Shown: piece by piece, positions 42,745 through 56,104 of the stretch | Numbering within the stretch: the first letter of the stretch is position 1 | How the letters are laid out: the number at the start of each line of letters is the position of its first letter | Origin: Alloascoidea hylecoeti | Taxonomy: Eukaryota | Assembly (NCBI GenBank): GCA_001600815.1 | Contig: BCKZ01000018.1 | Span: 277,974 to 341,973 of the forward strand | Length of the DNA stretch: 64,000 bases | Direction of reading: 5' to 3' | Notes under the pieces: model-generated | Databases searched by the model: none | Seen by the model: the letters and a program-made list of their open reading frames with translations, nothing else | Told to the model about the DNA's origin: nothing | Translations under genes and position numbers: made by a program

Positions 42745-45700
42745 ATGGCCCTCAAACGGTGGATAAGCCTGAGCTCCGTACGTACAATCCCCCCTGCCTG
42801 TCGATATTATTCACTAACCTCCGAATTAACAGCATCCGAACCCAAACTCTACTCACCCTCACAACAACCCTCACACTGCATCCCATAATTCAAACCTGAC
42901 GAGATCGAAAACTGTCACCAACAGTACTGATTCTCCCACCCAACAGCTTCAATCGGCCACCCCTCCTCCCAATGGAACGTTGCATTCGACCTCATCTCCT
43001 TCTCACTCGGCCCTTGTTCCCGACCCTGGTCCCGTCCATACCGCCCCCGGTCCCGTCCTTGACAATGAGGCTTTAGCCAAACAGATCATATCTCAGGCCG
43101 GTGATAAAATATTTGGCATGGAGAACTTCGCCGCAACATGTTACTGTAATTCAATCCTTCAATGTTTATACTACACAAAGCCTTTACGTGATAAAATCCT
43201 ATCTTACCCAAATGAAAGAGATTTTAGTAAAAGACCCCGAAAATTAAAAGTCCCGGGAACAAAAGTTCATCCATTTACTGCTGCTGCCTTGGCAAATGCT
43301 GCCCAACAAGCAGATGGGAAAAAGAAAAATGAAGCAACCATTGAAAAAAAAGAATCCATCCGAAGAAGTAGTTTCTTTGGTTTAGGCAAAGATAAAAAAG
43401 ATCGAAATGAAAAGAAAGAAGATTTTTCAATAACAAATAATAATAACGATAATACTAATAATAATCATGATACCAATAATGAAAACAATCATAATGAAAA
43501 TACTCTTCCACAATTATCTGCTTTACCTGTTGCTACTCCTCTTACTTCTGCTAATGGTAATGGTAATGGAAATGGAAATGTTAATCCTGCTTCTGTATTT
43601 TCAATATTCCCCAAAAATAAATCCGAATATTCGGGTTTACAATCACTTAATCTTGGTGTTAAAGTCCCTAATCATAATGCCGTTGTTGTTGGTGTAACTG
43701 AAGATCCATTTGCAACCATTGAAAATAAAAAAAGAGCTGCACTTTTAACAGGTCCAATTATAAATTTAGATTATAGTATGTCGTCTGATTATAATATGAA
43801 AGAATCCTTATTTACTGCTTTAAAAGATATTTTTGAAAGTATGGCTGAATCTGAATCAAGAATTGGTGTTGTTAGTCCATCAAAATTAATTGATATTTTA
43901 AAAAGAGAAAATGAATTATTTAGAAGTACAATGCATCAAGATGCTCATGAATTTTTAAATTTTTTACTTAATGATATAATTGAAAGCATTGATAATCATA
44001 ATAGTCAAATCATTACAAATGATTCAAATATTCAATCAACTACTTTAGATTCAAGTTTAGTTGATAAATATGGTAATTCAAGATGGTTACATGAATTATT
44101 TGAAGGTTTATTAACAAGTGAAACAAAATGTTTAACTTGTGAGACAATATCAAGAAGAGATGAAATGTTTTTAGATTTATCAATTGATTTAGAACAAAAT
44201 ACTTCTGTTACTTCATGTTTAAGACAATTTTCTGCTTCTGAAATGTTATGTGAACGTAATAAATTTTATTGTGATAATTGTGGTGGTTTACAAGAAGCTG
44301 AAAAAAGAATGAAAATTAAAAATTTACCAAAAATTTTATCATTACATTTAAAAAGATTTAAATATATTGATAATTTACAGAAAAATGTTAAATTATTTCA
44401 TAGAGTTGTTTATCCAATGCATTTAAGATTATTTAATACAACATATGATGCAAAAAATCCTGATAAATTATATGAATTATATGCTGTTGTTATTCATATT
44501 GGTGGTGGTCCATATCATGGTCATTATGTTTCATTAATTAAAACTGAAAATTGTGGTTGGTTATTATTTGATGATGAAATTGTTGAAAGTGTTTCTCCTG
44601 AATTTGTAATGAAATTTTTTGGTGATGAAACTGGTTTATCAAGTGCTTATGTATTATTTTATCAAGAAATTTCAGATGATCAATTTAATAATGAATCTTT
44701 ATTTTTAAATTATAATGATATACCAACTTTAAATGAAACTATTGAAATGGTTAATAATTCTGGTTTTGAAGCAACTATAAATTCTGAAAAATTAACTCCA
44801 ATTAATCATCCAGTTTTACAATCTGATGATCGAAAAAAATCAACTTCAACAAATTCAAATAGTTTTGATATAATTGAAGAAGATGAAATTGAATCAACAA
44901 CTGAATATAGTGCAACAACTACTGATCCAACTATACCATCTGATCATTATCATTCTAATTCTAATTCTCATTCAAATATAAACTCAAATTTATCAAATTC
45001 TTCAAATATTGCAATTGAAAATATTAATTTAGAAACTTTTGATTCTTTTATTACTGAAGATAAAGAACCATTAATTCCTAAATCTAATTATAAATCAAGT
45101 GATTTAAAAGATAATATTAACAATACTACTAATAACATTATTAATGAAAATCATACACCAATACATGTTAGTAAAAGAGAAAAAAGTTCATCTGAATTAA
45201 AAGAATCATTATCTAATGATAATGAAAATGATAATTCTTCAACTCCAATAACACCATTTTTAACTGTACCAGTACCAACTCCAATTAATAAACAAACAAT
45301 TAATAATGATTTATCAATTTCATCATCTCCTTCATCATCATCAACACATATTAAAAAATCATCATCAGGTTCATTTTTAAAATTTAGATCAAATAGTATT
45401 TCGAAAAAAATATCAAATTTAAATAATTCAACACAATTGCCATTACAAATTCCAAAATCACAATCACAATCACAATTGAAAAATTTAAATTTAAATTTAA
45501 ATTTAAATTTAAATAATAATTTATCATCATCTTCTTCAAAAAATGGATCATTTTCTTCATCAACAACTTCAACTTCAAAATCAAGTAAGTTTTGGAAAAG
45601 ACATTCATCAGCTATTACACATTCAAATACAACAATGGTTAATGTAAATAATTTAAATGGAATTAATTCAAATATAAATACAACTACAAATTCAAATTCA

Positions 45701-46135
45701 ATTTTAAATAAGAATACTGGTAGTTTGACAAATTCAGAATTATCAACCCCATCACCATTTCAATCTCAAGATTCAAATCTTCATAGAACATTATCAGCAT
45801 CAAGTAGTAGTTTCACTAAAAATCATAATATGAAGAATCATAGTCCTGGTAATGGTAATGGTAATAGTGATAATAATGGTAATGGAGTTGGTACTCATAA
45901 AAAACGACATTTTGTATCACGATCAATTTCACTTTCACAACCTTCTAATCATGATCATTTATATGGATTTGGTGGTCATAATAAAGATAATAAAGATAAA
46001 AAAGAAAAGGAAAAAGAAAATATTAAACATGATTCAGAATTATTATCAAAAAATTCAAAAAATTTAAAAAAAGATAGTAGAGAAAAAACTCATAAAAAAA
46101 GTTTATTAAGTTTTGGATTTTCAAAGAAATCATAA
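42745..46135 (+). CDS. UBP9: Ubiquitin-specific protease Ubp9/Ubp13 (CreB/USP12 family), 2 exons (42745-42777, 42833-46135)
   Basis: Exon 1 MALKRWISLSS, intron GTACGT..CACTAAC..CAG, in frame with the TTG-started ORF; Cys box FGMENFAATCYCNSILQ, HQDAHEF, His box HIGGGPYHGHYVS. Confidence 0.9.
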
Positions 46136-46944
46136 AAAGAGAATGAATGAATTTGAATGTGGACAGAAAAGAAAAAAGAATTATTTCATTTAATTGTGAC
46201 TCTTAGATTTAAATTTACTTTATTTATAACAAATAACTCAAAGGAAATATAAGAAGAAAATTTCCTATTTTTATATATATATATATATATTGTAAGGATA
46301 TAGCGATAATTTAGCTGAAGTGAAAATAACTTATCTTATAAAAAGAGGAAACTACTTACTATTTATATAGGCTTTCATAGCCGGGTAGCTATACTTTAAG
46401 TTACAATTGATACCTGAGAACCTGACATATATATATGTTTTTGATATTGGACTTTATTAATATTAATATTGATGTTGAACATTAAATTGATTACTACTAA
46501 TTAAAATATAATTTATTTTCTTTCTTTTAAGTTTTTTGATTGATTATTTTTGATATATTTATTCTCCTTCATTTTATAATATAAATTTATATTCTTATAA
46601 TATATATGCTTTCTTTAAATATAATTTCAATAGCTATTATTTATACCTATTATAAGTTGTCATCGATTATTAAATATTCTCGATCGGGTCAAGATTAAAC
46701 TGGCGCTTTTTTTTCGGGTCGCCGCTTCACACAAAACTGGTAAGATTATTATCAGTTACCGAGTACTCTACAAGACCTTATAATTAAGAGGTTCTTAAAA
46801 TAGTTCATAATGTTCTATAAATTCTAGACATTCTACTAGTCTATGTGAAATGACTTCCTATGTTTAATATTTAGTATTGGCGCCCTTATAATGGCTTAAA
46901 CGGCTGCCACGAGACACGGAGTATTAATATCCAACCACTATTCT

Positions 46945-47260
46945 ACGATGGAATATGTCCACTTTTCTAAATTTCAGTCCATATTGTAAGACCTACAAAC
47001 CCACACTTCCCTATGTTATAAATAGTCTTGATTCAAAGGCCTGGTATGACTTTCGTAGTACATACTTTCCCGGTTCCGGCTTCTGTAGCGACCGGGCATT
47101 CGTTATAATCATTGAACATAACTTCATTCCAAACGTCATGCGACCATTCCACTCTATCTTTAGATCATATCATTCTGTTCCTTTGGTGCTTCGCATTCAG
47201 AAATGGCCTTTTACCACCCGAGAGAAAAGTGACAGTTTAATCTTGACACGGCTGTACTTC
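46945..47260 (-). mobile_element. Tc1/mariner transposase relic, family A, central portion
   Basis: Minus strand reads KRPFLNAKHQRNRMI*SKDRVEWSHDVWNEVMFND and GLTIWTEI*KSG; nucleotide similarity to the copies at 50.4 kb and 56.3 kb. Ends approximate. Confidence 0.75.
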
Positions 47261-47723
47261 ATAATACGTCAATTACCCTCATCAAGGCTGAAACTCTGTC
47301 TGCTGCTGAGGGTAATTGCTGTATTTGGCTTTCTAAGCCCATACTTTTTTTTAGATTATTAGACTTACATAATTGGACTTGAGGCCCTCAGAGTTAAGAA
47401 ACTCACTCACTTACTTTATAATAGGATCATTTTTTCACCATTGAGAGAAAAAAAGAATATATTCAGTTTGAAGTTTATGAGATTATAATTGTGTGCTCCG
47501 TATATAATTATAAATATTGATCATGATATCATTCTGATCTGAATCTTTTTGCTGTCTTGGTACTGCATATATTCAGACACATTAATATGGATATAAAATA
47601 AACTCCCATCCACCTTATTTAAACCTTGGATTTCGGCTCACTTGTGTTCAACGAGCAATCACATATAAATAAATTCCTTAATCTGTTCCTAATTAACTGG
47701 GTTCTCTACATATACGATCAACA

Positions 47724-48296
47724 ATGGGTAAAGCTGCTTCAAAATTATCAAAAGATGAAATCAAAGCATTAAGAGATGCAACACATTTTGATAAAAAGGA
47801 ACTTCAACAATGGTACAAAGGCTTTTTAAAAGATTGTCCAACTGGCAAATTATCTATCGATGAGTTTCAAAAAATCTACAAACAATTCTTTCCCTTTGGT
47901 GATCCGAAAGAATTCAGTAGCTACGTCTTTAAAGTGTTTGATAATGATGGTTCTGGTACAATTGAATTTAAAGAATTTATCGTTGCCTTGAGTATAACAA
48001 GTAGAGGTTCTGTCGAAGAAAAATTAGGTTGGGCTTTTCAACTATATGATTTAGATCATGATGGTAAGATAACATATAATGAAATGTTAGCTATTGTTGA
48101 TGCAATTTATAAAATGATCGGCTCAATGGTTAAATTACCTGAAGATGAATCAACTCCTGAAAAACGAGTCGATAAAATTTTTGGTTCAATGGATAAAGAT
48201 CGTAATGGTGAATTAACTTTTGAAGAGTTTAAAGAGGGCTCAAAGGTTGATCCAACAATTGTATCAGCTTTAAATTTATATGATGGTTTAGTTTAA
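47724..48296 (+). CDS. FRQ1: Frequenin / neuronal calcium sensor-1
   Basis: MG myristoylation start, [25 protein letters not shown]-hands, ALNLYDGLV end. Confidence 0.98.
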   Translation: MGKAASKLSKDEIKALRDATHFDKKELQQWYKGFLKDCPTGKLSIDEFQKIYKQFFPFGDPKEFSSYVFKVFDNDGSGTIEFKEFIVALSITSRGSVEEKLGWAFQLYDLDHDGKITYNEMLAIVDAIYKMIGSMVKLPEDESTPEKRVDKIFGSMDKDRNGELTFEEFKEGSKVDPTIVSALNLYDGLV

Positions 48297-48540
48297 ATTT
48301 TATAACTACAGTATTTATTTAAAGATTTTTTGTTGTTATTTGTTTGATTGTCAACTTGTGAATTGCCATAAGCTTATCATTTAAGAAGAAACGTATAAAA
48401 ATTATATAATATAGGACATTTCAATTAGATTTTATTAAAGTTTTTTATATTTATTATAACTAAAGCCTGATATGTTATATAGCACCATCCACCAAAGTTT
48501 TTATCGAAGCATATAATTTATCATGTAATCATATATATAT

Positions 48541-49266
48541 TTAAATCGTTTCAGCAGTAATGATGGCACCTTTAACTATTCCTTTAATCCCAAGCGATAA
48601 CAACCAATAAGGAACAGCTTTTTCGGCATCATTATCTAATGCTGTATCCAGATGTTCTAATTCCTGATCTCTAAATTCACCGACAATTTCTTTTAAATAT
48701 TTAAACTCTTCACTGTTTGGATCGAATTCTTGCATTAAAGTCCTCAATTGATCATTATAATGGCCACCGATAACTGTTTCAACGGCTACAGTACAGGCCA
48801 TTGCAGCCTCTTTTGAAATTAACGCTGTTCCAACACCTAAACCAAAAGCACCCACTTTCCAGAATGGAGTCAAAAGTGATGGTCTTACCCTATAACGAGT
48901 TTGTAAATCATTAAATGTTGCTCTATGATGAATTTCTTGATCCCACATATGCCTTAATAAATCCTTAAGATGTTTTGATTGATGGGATAATATTGTGTAT
49001 TGTCCATTATAAATTAAATCTGCTCCTAATTCTCCAGCTTGATCAACTCTGATCAATTTTTCCAAGAATTCCTTTTGTTTTGGTGTTAATGGTTTTTTAA
49101 ACAATGCTTTATTGTTATGATCATCCGATTGTTGCACCTGGGGTTTAAGATTTTCATTCTTCTCGTTTGCTATTGGTGAAGAAGTTGAGAAAAATCTTAA
49201 GCTTACGATTGAATGTTGGAATGAAGAATTGGTAATCCACGACTTAATAATTGAATTTCTGATCAT
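48541..49266 (-). CDS. COQ7: 5-demethoxyubiquinone hydroxylase Coq7/Cat5
   Basis: IRVDQAGELGA, QEIHH, AAMACTVAVETVIGGHYNDQLR, FRDQELEHLD di-iron motifs. Confidence 0.97.
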   Translation of the reverse strand: MIRNSIIKSWITNSSFQHSIVSLRFFSTSSPIANEKNENLKPQVQQSDDHNNKALFKKPLTPKQKEFLEKLIRVDQAGELGADLIYNGQYTILSHQSKHLKDLLRHMWDQEIHHRATFNDLQTRYRVRPSLLTPFWKVGAFGLGVGTALISKEAAMACTVAVETVIGGHYNDQLRTLMQEFDPNSEEFKYLKEIVGEFRDQELEHLDTALDNDAEKAVPYWLLSLGIKGIVKGAIITAETI

Positions 49267-49985
49267 ATTGGGAAAAATTGACAGTTAAAAAGAATAAGAA
49301 AAAGTGGTGATACAGTATATTATATTCCGGAGCTATAATATAATATTATAATTAATATTTCAACTAGTCAAGTGAATTGAATTTGATTGGAGGTTCGATC
49401 CTACTTCAACCCAAGAATTAGATTTGAACATCGAAATCTATATAAAGCTTTATAGTTATTATCAAGCCAGATTGTCAGGATAATAATCTATTTATATATA
49501 AGATTAGGGAAGAAATTAAAATGATTCCGCTATACTAATTATAAGTGAGATTATAAACGCTCATGCCGGTTAGATTATGCAATTCTATAGACATATGGAG
49601 CTCAGAAACCAACTTTCGTCGATGCTCCGTCAGAGGTCAGCCTTTCATTATACTAATCTATAAAAAATATACACTGGTAAAGGATATTGGTGCCTTTAAG
49701 AAGACGAGAAGTTTTTCGAACCCTGATGATGGACACACAAACACGAGTAATAAAAATTTCAAAAGCCGGGTGACACATGGCCGAATTTAAGTGTAAGTTC
49801 ATACTTGCGTCCCTGCTTTTTCAAAAAAAACTGATTTTCCGCTTCTTTTTCCGTCACCAAAATGTGGGAATCTTATAACCAGCTACAGAAAATCCCACAA
49901 ACCATTAAACTGTTCATAAAGTAGTGCGGAATGTTCCGTAAATTCTAAAGATTATATATTAGTGTATATAAATTAGAATTGTAAG

Positions 49986-50711
49986 TTTAATGCTTAGTGT
50001 TGGCCCTTAACGATGTAGTCACCCTACGAGGCACAGACAATCAGATCAATTATGATATATCCTAATCCACAAGAACCCAGTATTTTGAAAGAGACATAAG
50101 CATTACGCATTTCTTCACCTTTACGGCATTGAAGGCTCTTAATCTCAATTCCAGCCATGTGATGAACTTTTATGAGGGATTCCACAATTGGATTCAGATC
50201 CGGTGAAAAAGGCGGTCATTCCAAGAGCTCTTTCTCCTTTCCACGAATCCAATTCATCATGATATTAACTCCATATTTAGTTCTGTTGTCCAGCTTAAAG
50301 ATTAGACCCTCATCAGCCTCACCAAATCCCTCTTACAAAAGTTCTATATAGGAACGTGCGGTGGCTCCTTTTTTATGCTATTAGGAACCCCAAGAACTCT
50401 ATAGTCTTATAGTAAAACACGGTTTCCTTTCCAAATTTCCGCTCGTGCCCTATAAGACTCACATGCTATAAATAATTTTTGATTCAAAGGCTTGGTGCGA
50501 GTGCTGTGGAGTTGTTGCTACAGGCATATAGGCCATATTTATTCACGGTGAATCGCACAGTTGAATGTGTGATATTAAGTCTTCTACTTATTTCAGCAAT
50601 TGATGACCCATTTTTAGTCACATTGCAAATTTTAATTCGCTTAGCTAGTTGCAAATGCTTTTTAGAATCGGAATTGCCTGAGATCTCGCTTGATTGAATT
50701 CTAGAAGTCAT
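49986..50711 (-). mobile_element. Tc1/mariner transposase relic, family A, internally deleted
   Basis: HTH (SIAEISRRLNITHSTVRFTVNKY), then broken frames with FKLDN and LE*PPFSPDLNPIVE, and a C-terminal SVPRR..TKH*. Confidence 0.85.
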
Positions 50712-52494
50712 TATACGTTAATTTGTTTTTAAAAAGACAAAAATTAAAAACAATGAAGAGTATTATTCTTCCACAAAACATCATATACTAGTCATTTCAA
50801 GACACTCTACACTTCTGTATAACACCCAGAAAATTTGACCCGTAAAGAATTTCAAGCGAGGATCCAATATATCTTTGCCGATGCTTATGGTATTACTTCA
50901 AGGTACTCTCAATAAAACATCGCGAATTTCTCATATTTAAAACTTTCATGAAACAAATACACAGCAGTGCTAGAATCTTCATTTCCTCTGCGCATACTGG
51001 TAGCGAAATGAAAGTGTCAGATGTTTACTGCTCCACTAAAGGTACGGTTGAAAAGGATCTATAACAAAAAGCTTGTAACAAATCCCATCAACCACCGTCC
51101 TTAAAAAAAAAGGATTTATTACATTGTATCTGGAGGACAAAACCGATAGCTATAACCCCTAAAGTTATCATTTCTGTTTTTTTTATTGACTAGAATATGG
51201 CCTTTTGATCCTCAGCATATTGGGCATAAGGTTAAGGTTTGGATGGGTGAAAACGAACAAGATGTAAAGAAAAAATCATTTTATATAAGGGTATTGTCAA
51301 AGAATCGAAATACCATAGTTTGTAAAGGTTTGTAAAGGAAATTTTTAAAATGTGGTTGTAGAAGCTGAAAACTCATGGTATTTGATGATGAATTACGTGC
51401 CCAGACAAATTACAAGGGGACATAGCAAGCTTTATTATCCCATATTTCTACCACAGTTTTCGAATATCTCTTAAAAACTACTTGGTGTGGAATTCAACAT
51501 CCAAAGGAGGGAAAGCCCTGAGTTATATATGATCTTCCGGAGTTAACAAAGCAAATTGTGTACCGATATGGGGAGATCGGATCAAGTAAAGCTTAAACCC
51601 AATTCGCTAGTTCGTAGAATAAGTCTTACACTACAACAAAAAATACGAAGAGAAAATATTAAACAAATATTATCAGAATTATGAGTTTAAATAAAATTTA
51701 CTGATAATATTTATGATAATTTATCTTTGTTGCTGGTTTTATTCGAGGTTGCAACCGAACAATGTTGTGCATCCGGGTTTCCATTCAATTGATACATATG
51801 GTGGTTTTTAGGCTACTGAACGTTAACAACTTTTAGGAAAACCAAAAATATTACTTCAACATCTCTTGCGGATAATGTGACCACAACACAAAAATCAAAT
51901 CATTTATATATTAAAGATGACAGAAGGTGGATACATAGAAAATATAAATCTTGTCATTTCAAATAAAGTTATGTACTTCCCCGTCAAATGGTTTGTCCTT
52001 TCATTCTTAATATGTAGGCCTCCCGCAGGTTTTACGGCAAATACACATACTGTACCATCACGTCAAAAACAGCAATAAAACCTACTTAAAGATGAATGCA
52101 TGCATATTTATTATACAATATTTCCTCATGGGGTATCATGCACAGTTGCATTTTGGAGACCAAGATTTCGTTCGAGAAAAGTGTTGTTCATTTTCAGTGG
52201 TGCGCTTACACGGATTACCAATTTCAATTGCAATAAACTCTAAAAAAGTATTAACGTAATTACCTACGCTGGGTGAATCTATAGGTAGCTAAATGCTATG
52301 CACATATTTATTTCATTCTAAAAAACTTACAATTTATCAGCATAAGATTATAAGTATAAAATCTATTTTCAAGGAAATATTACAAAACACAATAGAAATC
52401 ACGTCTCTTAATCTGTCTTAAATATCACTGGAGACAATGTTAGTAGTTAATATAACCTCTTTTTACCGTGATAACAAACGGAGGTTTTATATAT

Positions 52495-53312
52495 GCTGGA
52501 AAGTTCGAAGGCCAACATGGTTGCTCCACTGGATTTTCCTTCAAAAATAGTCTTTTTTTTCTAAAGTGTGGATTTAATTATTGTCTTGTCAAGTAATACC
52601 ACGTTGGAAAGCTTAAATAAAAGGTATTACTACCGGTTGTAGTTAATTACTTCTTTTATATAGGCCTATACCAGCATATAAGGCTTATACCTCTCCGAAT
52701 TAATCTTTACCTCTTCAAAACAAACGAATTGTAAACTTCCGTCACCTCCAAGTGCTCCCGATACCATCATAATAATATTCCTTTAAATTTCTAGTTATAG
52801 TCACCGTGAAGTTGGAAACAGGGGTTTCAGCTGACGAACCGGTTTTTGAAATAGAGGATCCATCCAAGAATAGCATATAGACATTCACAATCATCTACTG
52901 TCTAACTAATATGATACTTGGAAAATTCAAGCCTTGGTTTTCTAGGGTCTACGGTTAGCATTGGCTATTTTTCCATTTTTCTCAAATAAAGTTCATTTTA
53001 CATAAAGTTCTCTGAATTGTCTTGGAAGATACCTGAAATGTCTCTGCAACAGCCGAATATAGCGCGTTTTCTCTTTGTCACATGTTTTTGTGAGCCTTTA
53101 TTAGACTCCTGCGATCTTTGGATTTTCACCAGTTGGTATAGTCTACTCTACCATACCATCGGTTTTCTGAGGTAGTCACACGTCTCACAATAGTATGGTG
53201 AACACTAGTGATAACTATTATTGTGTTGTCAGTTTCAGCTAGTATATTTGGTATGTCCTGTTGCGGCCAAATGGACGATATATTGCTTTTGTTCTGTAAT
53301 CAACTGAGTCAT
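52495..53312 (-). mobile_element. Tc1/mariner transposase relic, family B
   Basis: Broken frames read MTQLITEQKQYIVHLAATG, VSSKTIQRTL, PMLTVDPRKPRLEFSKYHIS*TVDD, MMVSGALG, QDNN*IH and WPSNFP in canonical Tc1 order. Confidence 0.8.
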
Positions 53313-53666
53313 GTATTTCGAATGGTCAAAAATAATTGAGATTTCTGTTACAACAGTAAGACTTGAGAAAGATTTCTCAACAGAATAACTCCGGATCCCT
53401 TCACTGTGGCTATTTAGTATTTACATGATCCGGATACTCGGGGATATTCATTAATGGAGTACTACACCATGTACCCAATACTATGCATAGGCCTATATGA
53501 GATATTCTCGAATAAAGGTTTCCAAGACTTTTACGTGTTTCCGAGTGAAGCAAAAGTGCATCACAACTAATCAGTAATAAATTTGAATATTATAAATATA
53601 CCAGCGCAAATTACATCATATGTGACATGTCATATTATAACTATAATATTATAGTTAACGGAAGAC

Positions 53667-54737
53667 CTATAAAACATTAACACTTAAACTTTTGATTTCT
53701 CTGAAAACATCAAGAATTGTGGTCGAAATTGGAATGAATTCAATACCTGATTCTCTTTTTGTTTTTTCATTGTTGTACTTGGCAAATCCTGATTCAATCT
53801 CTGGTCCACTTCCGGGTTTACCGATTCCAATTGTTTCTGAAAGTTGTGGTTCCCCTTCATGAATAATATCTAAAGCTGTTTGAGAGGATATAACTCCTGA
53901 ACATGCCAACCACCTACTTCCTGCTGCTGATTCATGTTTTTTTATAGCAAGAATATGGCTTTTAGCAACGTCTCTAACATCAACTATAAAGAAAAGAACA
54001 CCACTTTGGGGTTCTGTAGCAGTGAGTGGTGTTGTGAAAATGGATCTTAATAGTTCATTAGATGTATTCCATTCAGGTTTTTCCCAAGCTGATTTGAAAA
54101 CTTGTTGACCAAATACGTAGGGTGGATTAACAGTTGATAAGGTAAAGCTAGGCTTTTCTGTTTTAATAAAATCCCATGCCGCTCTTTCAGCAGCTGTTTT
54201 AGAATAAATATATGGAAGTTGTCCATCATCATTTTTAGCTTGTTCCCAAGTTAGAGGGTTCCAGCATGATTCATCAAAAGTAGCAGTATTATCCCCCAAT
54301 TTTGATCCCTCAAGTATTGCGGCAAAGGAAGAAGTAATAACGACATGTTTAACGCTTTTTCCATATTTTTTAATTGATTTCAAAATACTAACTGTGCCAT
54401 TAACGGCAGGTAATACCAATTCTTTATAACCATCTTTAAAATGAAAATGAAAAGGAGAAGCTGTATGAAGGACAAATTCAAGATCAGGATGATTTTTCAC
54501 TGTTTCATCAAAAGCATCTGCGACTGCAATATCTGGGACAATTTCAAAAGACAATTTCTTTTCGGAAACATCCAAAGAAGGATACTCCTTTTTAAAATTA
54601 GAAATTAGCTCATCAGCTTTTCCCTGTGATCTTGCAGTTCCAACAATGACATATTCTGGATCTTCTAATAATTGCTTCAAAATATGGAGGGCAATAAAAC
54701 CAGTTGCACCTGTAAGTAATACTTTAGATATAGCCAT
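53667..54737 (-). CDS. GRE2-like NADPH-dependent aldehyde/methylglyoxal reductase (extended SDR)
   Basis: TGATGFIA, HTASPF, PAVNGT, VVITSSFAA, YIYSKTAAERAAW, VDVRDVA. Confidence 0.93.
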   Translation of the reverse strand: MAISKVLLTGATGFIALHILKQLLEDPEYVIVGTARSQGKADELISNFKKEYPSLDVSEKKLSFEIVPDIAVADAFDETVKNHPDLEFVLHTASPFHFHFKDGYKELVLPAVNGTVSILKSIKKYGKSVKHVVITSSFAAILEGSKLGDNTATFDESCWNPLTWEQAKNDDGQLPYIYSKTAAERAAWDFIKTEKPSFTLSTVNPPYVFGQQVFKSAWEKPEWNTSNELLRSIFTTPLTATEPQSGVLFFIVDVRDVAKSHILAIKKHESAAGSRWLACSGVISSQTALDIIHEGEPQLSETIGIGKPGSGPEIESGFAKYNNEKTKRESGIEFIPISTTILDVFREIKSLSVNVL

Positions 54738-56104
54738 TTTGTTTTAGATTCAATATTGTAATTGATGATGATAAGATTGTATAATTTGATAACAGAGATT
54801 ATACTGGAAATTTGTGTTCTTAAGGTTCAAATTTATATCAGTAAAAGTGATTATATTACTAATTAACCATGTGCCATGGTCTCACCTTATTGTAACAAAT
54901 GTTTTTTTTCTTTTTCTCTTTATACCTGATCGGGTTATTGCAATTGGTTATGAACAATTATATATATGCGCATTAACTCTATAATTAAGCTTGTATAACT
55001 CAATACCTTTGAATTTACAGTTGTTATATTAAATATATTTAATTATAATCAAGTATTTATATGTTTCTAGGGCGGTGTCTACTTAAAATTAAGTCTAATT
55101 TATGTCTAGATCTGTACATAAAAGGAATACTAATCATTGGTAATACATAGAAACTCATTAATTTAAAGCTCTAATTATACTCCTTCATTCTATTCCATAA
55201 TTGAGAGATCTGGCCAATTATATTTCGTTCTTCAGGTGTGATAAGCGATAGGCCGTAGATCATATCGTATATAACCGCTTATATAAGGATATTGCACAAC
55301 TTGCACCGATGGCAAAATTGTAAGGATAGTGCAACTAAACAATTGTAACTGCATATTAATGTTGATCTTGTAGTATCACCTCAACAAGTAAACGAAATTT
55401 TCAGATGCAGAAGTTTATGTATAAGGGCAATCCGGCATTGCAGATTCGAAAAAAGGTCGCAGGTTGGAAAAGGCTACAACGTTGAAATAAAAAAGAAAGT
55501 CACAGGTTCTATCCCAGCAGTGGTCTGAATAATTAACAGGTCACCAAAAGAAAAATAGAGCTAGGATCCTTAGAGAAGTCTGTTTTCCCTGAGATCTAGT
55601 TATTACTAGGTTCGTTCAGTATAGCTTTAAAATCTAGAAAAAAAGGTAAACGTATAAATCATAATAGAAAGTCGTAAGAGATATGTATGCCTATATGTAG
55701 TAATAAAATAATAAAGTTTTAGAAAATAATAATGACATAATGAGGTCGAGCACAGCAGGATAGATCGATTTGGGGACACAATAAATGTAGGGTGGGAAAA
55801 AGATTTCTTCAGGTTACTGGAAAGGATCGTTACCAGATTGGAACGAAAAGATTGCAATTGAGAAGTAAAAATTTGAGAACACTCCAAAAGAGATTTTGGG
55901 ATTAATATTTTGAATGGTTGAATACAATGAGTACATTGAGTAGTCTTCAAAATCCTAGAGAAGCCGTTTTTTCTTTTAGATGTTATTCCTAGGTTATTGA
56001 TGTATAGTTATCTATTGTTACTTTACAGTAATCAAATAATTCGTATTTTTTTAAAAAAATATTTTCCTCCAGAAAAGTACCTCTTCTTTTTAAAGATTCA
56101 TAGA

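Noticed and set aside
42160..42899. Several short ORFs in the MAK21/UBP9 intergenic region
   Set aside because: Expected by-products of high local GC; only the UBP9 exons have support.
46955..47362. 135-aa plus-strand ORF
   Set aside because: It is the antisense shadow of the Tc1 relic on the minus strand.
49391..49415. GGTTCGATCC B-box-like sequence as a tRNA
   Set aside because: No paired T-stem, acceptor stem or A-box; at most an isolated TFIIIC-like site.
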